Part shown: in pieces, positions 10,512-18,044 of the stretch
Layout of the letters: each line of letters starts with the position of its first letter
Numbering within the stretch: position 1 is the first letter of the stretch
From: an archaeon
GTDB lineage: Archaea > Iainarchaeota > Iainarchaeia > Iainarchaeales > JANQMZ01
Direction: 5' to 3'
DNA length: 32,000 nucleotides
NCBI GenBank assembly: GCA_028279805.1
Contig: JANQMZ010000007.1
Span: 1 to 32,000, forward strand
Made by a program: the position numbers and the translations under genes
Notes under the pieces: generated by a model
Database searches by the model: none
The model's input: the letters and a program-made list of their open reading frames with translations, nothing else
What the model was told of the DNA's origin: nothing

Positions 10512-10673
10512 TTATTCGCCCCAGTCTTCCTGTTCCTCAGGGGCTTTTTTAACTTTTAAAGGTTTAACGCTTGTTACCTCTAACTCTGCACCGCATTCAT
10601 TGCATTGAACTAATTCGTTTTCTTCAACATTTTCCAGAGTCAAAGAAGCTCCGCATTCAGTACATTCAGCCAT
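10512..10673 (-). CDS. lysW: LysW/ArgW amino-group carrier protein (53 aa, absent from the supplied ORF track)
   Basis: My own translation of the minus strand gives MAECTECGASLTLENVEENELVQCNECGAELEVTSVKPLKVKKAPEEQEDWGE then TAA. It has two CxxC pairs (zinc ribbon) and the hallmark acidic C-terminus EDWGE. Confidence 0.9.
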   Translation of the reverse strand: MAECTECGASLTLENVEENELVQCNECGAELEVTSVKPLKVKKAPEEQEDWGE

Positions 10674-10796
10674 AAGCGTTCACCAAATTCAAATAATGAA
10701 ACTATTTTTTCCCTCAGAACCTATTTAAAACTATCGAAAAACGTATCAAAAACCCTTTAAATACAATTTAATTAATTTTAGTTTGGTGTTTTTTTG

Positions 10797-11744
10797 ATGA
10801 ATTTTAAAGGAGCAATTTTATCAGGAACATTGTCAAGATCCCCTGAAACAATTAAAATTCACAGGCTTTTAAGGGACGGGCATGCAAAAAAAACAGATTT
10901 TGAAAAAGCTGTTGAAAAAGATTCAAATCAGATAATTCAGGCTCAAAAAAATTTTGCATTTGTTTCAGGAGGCCAGTTAAACTGGCTTGACCTGTTAAGG
11001 CCTATTGCTTCAAATTTTAAGGGGTTTGCAAAAGGAAAATCTGAAAAAGAAGATTCGGTGGGACCTGTAACCAGGTGGTTCAGGACAAACACTTTTTACA
11101 GAAAACCAACAATTGTTGAAAAAATTTCATCAAACGGAAAAGAATTATCACAAAATTTGCCAAAAATTGAAAACAATAACGGAATTTTGTTTTTATTAGG
11201 GCCTTATTCTTTTTCAAAACTTGTTCAGAATTCTTTTTATGAAAATGAAAAAGAACTAATTTTAGATTATGCAAAAGCAATAAACCAAAACATTTCAGAT
11301 TTAAAACAAAAAGGTTATGGTGCAATATTTTTTTCAGAGCCCTCTATAGGATTTGATTTTTCAAAAAAAGAACTGAAAAAAGAAATGTTTTTTGAAGAAT
11401 TTGCTTCAAACATTAAAGAAATTTTAAAAGGAATAAATTTTCCGTTAACAGACGCTTCAAATTTTTTTCCCTTAATTGAAGAAACAGATTTTGATTTTGT
11501 GGGAATTGACTGTATTTTTTCAGATTTTGAAAAAATTAAAACAAAAAAAAATGTTTTTCTTGGTTTAACTGATGGGTCAAGAATAGGAGTTGAAAGCCTG
11601 GAACAAATTAATAAAATTGTTCAAAATTTTAAACAAAAAGCTTCCGCCAAAGACTATTTTATCGGCCCTAATGACAGGCTTTTTGATGTTCCTTTTGAAC
11701 AGGGTTTGAAAAAAATAAAAATTCTTTCAGATTTTAAGGAGTAA
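10797..11744 (+). CDS. Cobalamin-independent methionine synthase, N-terminal-domain-like subunit (non-catalytic half of a split MetE)
   Basis: GQLNWLDLLRP and VTRWFRTNTFYRKP resemble the Meth_synt_1 pattern (KWFDTNYHY-like). It is immediately followed by the catalytic-domain gene. Confidence 0.6.
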   Translation: MNFKGAILSGTLSRSPETIKIHRLLRDGHAKKTDFEKAVEKDSNQIIQAQKNFAFVSGGQLNWLDLLRPIASNFKGFAKGKSEKEDSVGPVTRWFRTNTFYRKPTIVEKISSNGKELSQNLPKIENNNGILFLLGPYSFSKLVQNSFYENEKELILDYAKAINQNISDLKQKGYGAIFFSEPSIGFDFSKKELKKEMFFEEFASNIKEILKGINFPLTDASNFFPLIEETDFDFVGIDCIFSDFEKIKTKKNVFLGLTDGSRIGVESLEQINKIVQNFKQKASAKDYFIGPNDRLFDVPFEQGLKKIKILSDFKE

Positions 11745-11750
11745 AATATT

Positions 11751-12911
11751 ATGGAAAAAATGTTTTTAACACAGGAAATTGGCAGCATTCAGAGGCCTAT
11801 TTGGAGGCAAAAGCTTAATGTTGCTGCAAAAAAAGAATGGATTGATTCAGCCTTAAAATGGGGTGAAACTTTTGAAGTTGAAGAAAGAAAAGAACTCAAA
11901 GGTTTGCTGGAAAAAACTGAAAAAACGCCTGAAGAAAAACAACGCGTTATTGACATTGCAACAATTTATGTAATAAAAATGTTTGAAAAAGCCGGTTTGG
12001 ACAGAATTTATAACGGAGAACAGCCAAGAACAGAAATGTATGATGTTTTTGCAAAAAATACATCGGGAATTACAAGTGCTGGTTTTGTAAATTCTTTTGA
12101 TGCCAATTATTTCAGAAAAGGAATTATTGAAAATAAAGTTTTAATTAAAAAAAATGCTGTTGACTGGTTTGAAAGAGAATTAGAATTTGTTCAGAAATAT
12201 TCGGATAAAATTGTAAAACCATGTTTAACTGGCCCGTATACTATGACTGACTGGTCTTATGTTGAATTTTACAGAAAATTGCATGAAAAAAAAGGAGAAA
12301 ATTCTTTAAAAGCATTAAAAAAAGGAAGAATGGATGCTGCTTTGGATTTTGCTAAAAATGTTTTAAACCCTGTTGTTAAAAAATGGGTTAAAGCGGGAGC
12401 AACAATTGTGCAGATTGATGAACCTGCAGCTTCAACAAATGAACAGGAATCAGATATTTTTGTAGAATCAGTTAATGAAGCTTTTAAAGGCATTCCAAAC
12501 AAAGTTGAAAAAGCTGTGCATTTGTGTTACAGCAATTATCCGGCATTGTTTCCTGAACTTGCTGAATGCAAAGCCGATTCTTATTTGATTGAATGTACAA
12601 ATCATGCTGCAGGAAAAGAATTTGGCGCTAAAAGTGTTAACCCTAAAGCTTATGATATTATTAACTTGTTTAATGAGCACAGCATGAATGTAAATATTGG
12701 TGCAGGCGTAATAGACATTCATTCTGATCTGATTGAAAGTCCTGAATTGATTCGTGACAGGTTACTGCATGTTGCAAAAGCTTTGGGTGATTCAAGCAGA
12801 GTTCATGTAAACCCTGATTGTGGTTTGAGGACAAGAACATGGAGCATTGCTTTTCCAAAACTTGTTAACATGGTTAAAGGAGCCGAATTAGCCAGAAAAA
12901 CAGTTGAATGA
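11751..12911 (+). CDS. metE: Cobalamin-independent methionine synthase, catalytic (MetE C-terminal-like) domain protein
   Basis: CLTGPYTM, IVQIDEPA, zinc-ligand motifs HLCYSNY (His-x-Cys) and NPDCGLRTR (Cys). Confidence 0.8.
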   Translation: MEKMFLTQEIGSIQRPIWRQKLNVAAKKEWIDSALKWGETFEVEERKELKGLLEKTEKTPEEKQRVIDIATIYVIKMFEKAGLDRIYNGEQPRTEMYDVFAKNTSGITSAGFVNSFDANYFRKGIIENKVLIKKNAVDWFERELEFVQKYSDKIVKPCLTGPYTMTDWSYVEFYRKLHEKKGENSLKALKKGRMDAALDFAKNVLNPVVKKWVKAGATIVQIDEPAASTNEQESDIFVESVNEAFKGIPNKVEKAVHLCYSNYPALFPELAECKADSYLIECTNHAAGKEFGAKSVNPKAYDIINLFNEHSMNVNIGAGVIDIHSDLIESPELIRDRLLHVAKALGDSSRVHVNPDCGLRTRTWSIAFPKLVNMVKGAELARKTVE

Positions 12912-13786
12912 TTAAAATGTTTAAATCAAAAATTTTGTTTGAAATTGTTTCACCCAGCAGAATGTCTTCAGACAAGCACAAAGAAAAAGTGTTAAATTCT
13001 CTTGCTGAACAGATTCTGGAAATAAAAAATATTGATTTTTTAAACATTCCCGAAATTGTTGATGAAAACTGGGAAGGGCAGCCAAATTACAGAAACATGA
13101 ATCCCAGAAAATTTGCACACAAACTTTTTGAAAAAACCCGGATAAAATCAATTGTTAACAAAGTTGTAGCTCATTTAAACGGTGAAAAAGGATTCAAAGA
13201 ATGGCTTGATGAAACCATTTCAGAATATAAAATAAAAGAATTTGTTTTTGTAGGCCCCAACACTGATGTTCATTCTTATCCCGGGCCAAGTGTTTTAAAA
13301 GCAAACCAGATTGCCAAAAAAATTCCAAAAGTTTTAGTTGGAAATATTTTAATTCCTTTAAGGCAGAATGAAGCTTTAAAAGTTTTTGAAAAAACAAAAT
13401 CAGGAGCTGATTTTTTTACAACACAGGTTTTGTTTGAATCTGAAAAAATAAAAAAAGTTTTGTCAGAATATGATTCTCTTTGCAAAAAAGAAAAAATAAA
13501 ACCGGCTAAAATTTTTTTAGGATTTTGCCCGGTTTCAACAAAATATGATGTTGAATTTTTAAAATGGCTTGGTGTTGAAATTCCTGAAAAAACTGAAAAA
13601 GATTTGCTGGCTGACAATGCTTTAATGGCTCAAAAATCCCTTAACGCTGTCAAAAGTGCATGGGAAGATGTTAATGCTTTTGTTAACGACAACAACATTT
13701 CCGTTCCAATCGGCTTAAACATTGAAGAAATTTTTTTACATAACCTGCCTTACTGCAAAGAATTAACAGATGCTTTGACTATTTAA
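12908..13786 (+). CDS. Divergent methylenetetrahydrofolate reductase (MetF)-like protein
   Basis: Blocks colinear with MetF: ILFEIVSP (cf. FEFFPP), KSGADFFTTQVLFESEK (cf. GANRAITQFFFD), IFLGFCPVST...GVEIPE (cf. IIPGILPV...RIP). ATGA overlap with metE. Confidence 0.55.
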   Translation: MIKMFKSKILFEIVSPSRMSSDKHKEKVLNSLAEQILEIKNIDFLNIPEIVDENWEGQPNYRNMNPRKFAHKLFEKTRIKSIVNKVVAHLNGEKGFKEWLDETISEYKIKEFVFVGPNTDVHSYPGPSVLKANQIAKKIPKVLVGNILIPLRQNEALKVFEKTKSGADFFTTQVLFESEKIKKVLSEYDSLCKKEKIKPAKIFLGFCPVSTKYDVEFLKWLGVEIPEKTEKDLLADNALMAQKSLNAVKSAWEDVNAFVNDNNISVPIGLNIEEIFLHNLPYCKELTDALTI

Positions 13787-13864
13787 TCAGTCGATTTTTT
13801 CTCTTGTCAGAAAAAAAGTTTTTTCATAGTAACATATTTATATTTCAAATTTTAAAGATTTAGA

Positions 13865-14368
13865 ATGAAAAAGAAAAAAGTTGTTGCCAGTAATAAACTG
13901 CAGAAAAAATACACTTATTTTTTAACTGAGCCCACTGGCAAAAAATTTGACTCTGAATTTAAACCTGATTTGACACCCAAGCAAATGCTTAGACTGGGTG
14001 TTTTTGGCGGAGTCTATTTAACTGATTCAAAAAGAGAATTTCCAAAAGACTGGTTTGTTAAAGTAAAATTTTCTGATAAAAAAAACCCTGAACTGAATTA
14101 TTTTAAAGTTAGTGCTTCCCAGCCTTTATCTGTCTGGAGAAAAAAAGGCTGGATTTATCGTGAAGATCCTCGCGGCTGGTTTCAATGGTATTGCCGCTAT
14201 TATATGGGCAGAAGATGCAAAGATGACTCAAGGCAAATTAAAAGATGGAAAGCAATGAAAAGGCACGTTGCCCAAATTAAAAAAAACTGTAAAAAGAAAG
14301 ATTTTGACTGCAGACCCAAACAAAGACAGGCTTTATTGCATTGGGCGTATGACAGCAGAAAACTTTAA
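13865..14368 (+). CDS. Conserved-looking hypothetical protein, basic and Trp/Cys-rich
   Basis: 167-aa ORF with LTPKQMLRLGVFGGVYL and DPRGWFQWYCRYYMGRRCKDDSRQIKRW. I cannot assign a family with confidence. Confidence 0.55.
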   Translation: MKKKKVVASNKLQKKYTYFLTEPTGKKFDSEFKPDLTPKQMLRLGVFGGVYLTDSKREFPKDWFVKVKFSDKKNPELNYFKVSASQPLSVWRKKGWIYREDPRGWFQWYCRYYMGRRCKDDSRQIKRWKAMKRHVAQIKKNCKKKDFDCRPKQRQALLHWAYDSRKL

Positions 14369-14430
14369 CAATAAAACTTAAAACATAGTGTTTTCATATT
14401 ATGCTATTAAAATAATTAAAGGAGTTTTGA

Positions 14431-14997
14431 GTGTTTATGGCATCCGGTAAAAAGCATAATAAGGAGGCTTGGAAAAAGTTTCTGAAAAGACATTTGAAAA
14501 TGTCATTGTTAATGATTGCCGGAATTATAACCGCTATTGCTGCTGCGATTTTTGTGTTTCTGCAGGTTGCAGCTAATTTGCAATCAGCCGGCTTGGTGCC
14601 AACAATGCTTGGGCAATGGACAGTAGATTTTCTTGTAACATTCATTTTGCATTTGATTTTTTGGGAAATTGTTTTTGTGGCAAGCTGGGTAGCTCCAATT
14701 GCTTTGATAATATATTTTAAATGGTACAAAAAACTTCCAGCCGGAGAACGCAAAGAGTATGAAGATTCTAAAAGCCGCAGTTCGGATAATGGAACCATGT
14801 CTTTTTTTGCCAGTTTGTTATGGCTTGGCATTGTATGGTTTTATGGTTTCTGGAATCTGCCTTTTGCGGAATGGTCATTCAATGACTGGATTTACACATG
14901 GGTGGCATCCTGGCTAATTGTTTTGGCTGTTGCCGGAGTTTTGGGAACAGCATGTCTGATGTATTTTTTAAGCACGGAGAAAAAACTTAAAAAATAA
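14431..14997 (+). CDS. Hypothetical integral membrane protein (about 4-5 TM helices)
   Basis: Hydrophobic segments alternate with basic loops. An aaaggag motif sits 6 nt before the GTG at 14431; an ATG alternative is at 14437. Confidence 0.6.
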   Translation: MFMASGKKHNKEAWKKFLKRHLKMSLLMIAGIITAIAAAIFVFLQVAANLQSAGLVPTMLGQWTVDFLVTFILHLIFWEIVFVASWVAPIALIIYFKWYKKLPAGERKEYEDSKSRSSDNGTMSFFASLLWLGIVWFYGFWNLPFAEWSFNDWIYTWVASWLIVLAVAGVLGTACLMYFLSTEKKLKK

Positions 14998-15012
14998 AAA
15001 AACAGGACACAG

Positions 15013-15020
15013 TTTATAAA
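15013..15020 (+). promoter_or_regulatory. TATA-box-like element positioned for the C/D sRNA
   Basis: tttataaa lies about 25 nt upstream of the predicted sRNA 5' end (about 15043), which fits archaeal promoter spacing. Confidence 0.35.
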
Positions 15021-15042
15021 TTCTTAAATACCCATTTATAAC

Positions 15043-15129
15043 AGCAATGATGAGGTTAACACCGACTGACTTTTTTGGTAAAGCTTTTTGCTTGCAAAAA
15101 GGTTTGATGATACAACCTAACTCTGAGCT
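15043..15129 (+). ncRNA. Box C/D sRNA (2'-O-methylation guide) with an extended D'-C' spacer
   Basis: C box ATGATGA 15047-15053, 12-nt guide 15054-15065, D' CTGA 15066-15069. C' TGATGA 15105-15110, 12-nt guide 15111-15122, D CTGA 15123-15126. Short terminal pairing agc (15043-45) / gct (15127-29), then an oligo-T. Confidence 0.72.
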
Positions 15130-15179
15130 TTTTTAAATCCAAAATATTTTTTAATCACTGATGCGCTTATTATCTCATT

Positions 15180-15497
15180 ATGGTAGTTCCAGGTAAAAGA
15201 AGAAGTCATACGAACGGTGCTGGCGGAGCAAGAATTGTCAGGCAAAATAATATTTCGTCCCGAAAAGAACGTTTTTCAAATGCTTTTACCAGTTTTTCTT
15301 CTGCTCCTCTGCTTGCAAATAGGAGAAAAGCAGTGCTTGCTGCTAAAGAAGCAAGAGAACTAGGCGTGCCTGCTCATGAACTAATTTTGTCAGTAAATGT
15401 TAATATTCGGGAAAAAAGAAACAGGTTCAGGGAAATTTTGAAAGCCGCCGGTTATAACCTAGTTGAAATTGACGCAGCAATCAGCAGAAGAACCTGA
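15180..15497 (+). CDS. Hypothetical small basic protein
   Basis: 105-aa ORF, Arg/Lys-rich and visibly more GC-rich than its neighbours. No family recognised. Confidence 0.4.
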   Translation: MVVPGKRRSHTNGAGGARIVRQNNISSRKERFSNAFTSFSSAPLLANRRKAVLAAKEARELGVPAHELILSVNVNIREKRNRFREILKAAGYNLVEIDAAISRRT

Positions 15498-15541
15498 TTT
15501 TTTCTATAATATTTTAAACACGTTTATTATTTTTTTATTTT

Positions 15542-16084
15542 ATGGTTAAATTAACGGGGGAAAAAATAATTCTCAGAACATTAAAAGAGTCTGATTATTT
15601 GTCCATTCATAAAAATGTTAACGACAGAGCAATTGCAAGATATACTTTAAGAATTTCTTATCCCAATACCAAAAAACATTCAAAAGAGTTTATTAAAGAA
15701 ACACGGAAAAATTTAAGAAAAAAAACAGCATACGAGCTTGGAATTCAGCTAAAAGAAAATTCTGATATTATCGGAATTATGAGTTTGATGAATGTTAACT
15801 GGCAGGATAAAAACGCGGAAATCGGTTACTGGATTGGAAAAAAATTCTGGAGAAAAGGCATAGCTTTTGAAGCCTTGAATTTGATTTTAGAATTTGGTTT
15901 CAAAAAACTGAAACTGAAAAGAATTTTTGCAGGAGTTTTACATCCCAACAAAAAATCTGCAAACCTGTTAAAAAAAGCGGGATTCAAATTTGAAGGCAGG
16001 TTAAAAAAAACAAGATATAAAGACAAAAAATGGTTTGATGAATTAATGTATGCAATGCTAAAAGAAGAATTCACAACAAAATAG
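15542..16084 (+). CDS. GNAT family N-acetyltransferase (RimJ/RimL-like)
   Basis: NAEIGYWIGKKFWRKGIAFEALNLILEFGF..LKLKRIFAGVLHPNKKSANLLKKAGFKFEGRL. Confidence 0.8.
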   Translation: MVKLTGEKIILRTLKESDYLSIHKNVNDRAIARYTLRISYPNTKKHSKEFIKETRKNLRKKTAYELGIQLKENSDIIGIMSLMNVNWQDKNAEIGYWIGKKFWRKGIAFEALNLILEFGFKKLKLKRIFAGVLHPNKKSANLLKKAGFKFEGRLKKTRYKDKKWFDELMYAMLKEEFTTK

Positions 16085-16154
16085 CTACTTGTTTGTGAGT
16101 ATCAAAACATTTTTAAGTATCTGCTGGCTATTTTTTTGTTAAAGGTGGCTTGTT

Positions 16155-16631
16155 TTGAAAATCGGTATTGCTGACACTATGTTTGCCCGTGTTAATATGG
16201 CTGAAGCTGCGTTGAAAGCAGTTGAACAGGAAAAAAAATCCAAAGGATTGGAAATTCAAGTGGAACGTTATACGGTTCCCGGTTTTAAGGATTTGCCTGT
16301 TGCCTGCAAAAGGCTTTTTGAGGATTTTAACTGTGATGCGGTTGTTGCTTTGGGCTGGTGCGGTGCTGAAAAAATTGATGAACAATGTGCCCATGAAGCT
16401 AACCTGGGCTTAATGAGTGTTCAGATTGAGGCAAAAAAACATATTTTAACTGCTTTTTTTCATGAAACTGAGACAAATGAGCTGGAAAAACAAAAAAAGA
16501 TTGCCTGGAACAGAGCTTTTGACCATGCTTTGAATGCAATTGCTTTGGTTAAAGGAAAAGAAGAATTGTCACAAAATGCCGGTCAGGGTGTAAGGCAGGG
16601 TTATGAAAATGCTGGAGAGATTGAAGCATGA
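16155..16631 (+). CDS. ribC: Archaeal-type riboflavin synthase
   Basis: KIGIADTMFARVNM, VPGFKDLPVACKRL, CAHEANLGL and GVRQGYENAG closely mirror the Methanocaldococcus-type riboflavin synthase. TTG start 6 nt after aaaggtgg. Confidence 0.9.
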   Translation: MKIGIADTMFARVNMAEAALKAVEQEKKSKGLEIQVERYTVPGFKDLPVACKRLFEDFNCDAVVALGWCGAEKIDEQCAHEANLGLMSVQIEAKKHILTAFFHETETNELEKQKKIAWNRAFDHALNAIALVKGKEELSQNAGQGVRQGYENAGEIEA

Positions 16632-17047
16632 GTGAAAGAATTGCAATTGTTGTTTCAGAATTTTATTATGACATTGCTGAGGATATGCTGAATGCGGCTG
16701 AAGCAAAAATAAAAGAATGGGGTGCAACTGTTTCAAATGTTTTTAAAGTTAAAGGAAGTTTTGACATGGTTTTGCCTGTTCAAAAACTGATTCAGAGAAA
16801 AGATGTTGATGCTGTTGTTGTTCTTGGTGCCATTGTTAAAGGTGAAACAAAACATGATGAAATTATTGCACAAGCCATTGCTTCAAAAATTTTGGACATT
16901 TCTGTTGAAACAGAGAAACCAATCGGTTTTGGAATATCTGGACCGGGAATGAATTTAGGGCAGGCTAAAGTAAGAGCGGGAGATAGTGCTGAAAATGCGG
17001 TAAATTCTGTTATTCAGAATCTGCGAGGGTTAAGTGAGTTGAAATGA
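16628..17047 (+). CDS. ribH: 6,7-dimethyl-8-ribityllumazine synthase
   Basis: IAIVVSEFYYDI, VKGSFDMVLP and VVLGAIVKGETKHDEII. 4-nt overlap with ribC. Confidence 0.9.
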   Translation: MSERIAIVVSEFYYDIAEDMLNAAEAKIKEWGATVSNVFKVKGSFDMVLPVQKLIQRKDVDAVVVLGAIVKGETKHDEIIAQAIASKILDISVETEKPIGFGISGPGMNLGQAKVRAGDSAENAVNSVIQNLRGLSELK

Positions 17048-17664
17048 GTTTTGATTCTATTGAAGAAGCAATTCAGGATTTTAAAAATGGAAAAATGCTA
17101 ATTTTGGTTGATTCTCCTGACCGGGAAAATGAAGGGGACTTAATTGTTGCCGGGGAAAAATGTACGCCTGAACATGTTAATTTTATGATTTCACATGGAA
17201 AAGGATTGGTATGTGTTCCCATTACCCAAAACAAAGCAAAAAAACTTGGATTGAAAAAAATTGCTTCAAAAAATGAGCAAATGAGAACAACAAATTTTTC
17301 GGTTTCGGTTGATGCAGTTGAAACATCAACAGGAATTTCAGCTTTTGAAAGGGCTTTTACAATTCAGCAGCTTGCAAATGGTGCAACGGAAAAAGATTTT
17401 GTGCAACCGGGGCATGTTTTCCCCATTATTTCCAAAAAAAATGTTTTTGAAAGGCAGGGGCATACTGAGGCAACAATTGAATTCTGCCGGCTGGCAGGCT
17501 TAAAGGAAATTGGTGTTGTTTGTGAAATCATTAAAGATAATGGCAAAATGGCCCGCGTTCCGGATTTGGTTGAATTTAAGAAAAAGCATAATCTGAAAAT
17601 GGTTTCAATTTCTGATTTAATTCAATATTTAAAAAAAGAAAAGAAAAGCATTGCTTCAATGTAA
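17044..17664 (+). CDS. ribB: 3,4-dihydroxy-2-butanone 4-phosphate synthase
   Basis: IEEAIQDFKNGKMLILVDSPDRENEGDLIVAGE, TGISAFERA and RQGHTEA. 4-nt overlap with ribH. Confidence 0.9.
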   Translation: MSFDSIEEAIQDFKNGKMLILVDSPDRENEGDLIVAGEKCTPEHVNFMISHGKGLVCVPITQNKAKKLGLKKIASKNEQMRTTNFSVSVDAVETSTGISAFERAFTIQQLANGATEKDFVQPGHVFPIISKKNVFERQGHTEATIEFCRLAGLKEIGVVCEIIKDNGKMARVPDLVEFKKKHNLKMVSISDLIQYLKKEKKSIASM

Positions 17665-17682
17665 GGTTTTAAATTTTTTTCA

Positions 17683-17991
17683 ATGAGTGTTTTTATTATG
17701 GCAAAATTTTCAGATTTTTTTGTTGAAGAAAAAGAAAGAGAATTAAACCAAGATGAAATAAAGGCTTTAAAGCGTTTTAAAGCTGTTTTAATGCAGCCAA
17801 TGTTTTTTGACAAGCTTTATGCAAACATGCTTGACTATATTCCTGATTCGCAGGATTCGGATGAAAACAAAAAATGGCTTCAGGAAACTTTAAATAAAAT
17901 AACTCAGAATCTTGATGAAAAACCAAAAACAACATATGTTAAACTTGTTGAAAGGCTTGAAAAACTTTTCAGAATATGGAGACCTCTTTGA
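17683..17991 (+). CDS. Hypothetical protein
   Basis: 102-aa ORF in the gap between ribB and gap. Acidic, helical-looking, no recognisable motif. An alternative ATG is at 17698. Confidence 0.45.
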   Translation: MSVFIMAKFSDFFVEEKERELNQDEIKALKRFKAVLMQPMFFDKLYANMLDYIPDSQDSDENKKWLQETLNKITQNLDEKPKTTYVKLVERLEKLFRIWRPL

Positions 17992-18044
17992 CAAGCATTT
18001 AAAACATTTCTTTTCAGTATTTTAATGATTTTTTGGGGAAAAAA

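Noticed and set aside
14394-14831. 145-aa minus-strand ORF opposite the membrane protein gene
   Set aside because: It overlaps the plus-strand ORF almost completely. The plus-strand ORF has a better start context (aaaggag) and coherent TM helices.
15180-15497. The GC-richer stretch as a structured RNA gene (SRP RNA or RNase P RNA) rather than a CDS
   Set aside because: I could not find the conserved SRP helix-8 or RNase P core motifs, or long-range helices by eye. An uninterrupted 105-codon frame with an ATG start is present. It is kept as a low-confidence CDS.
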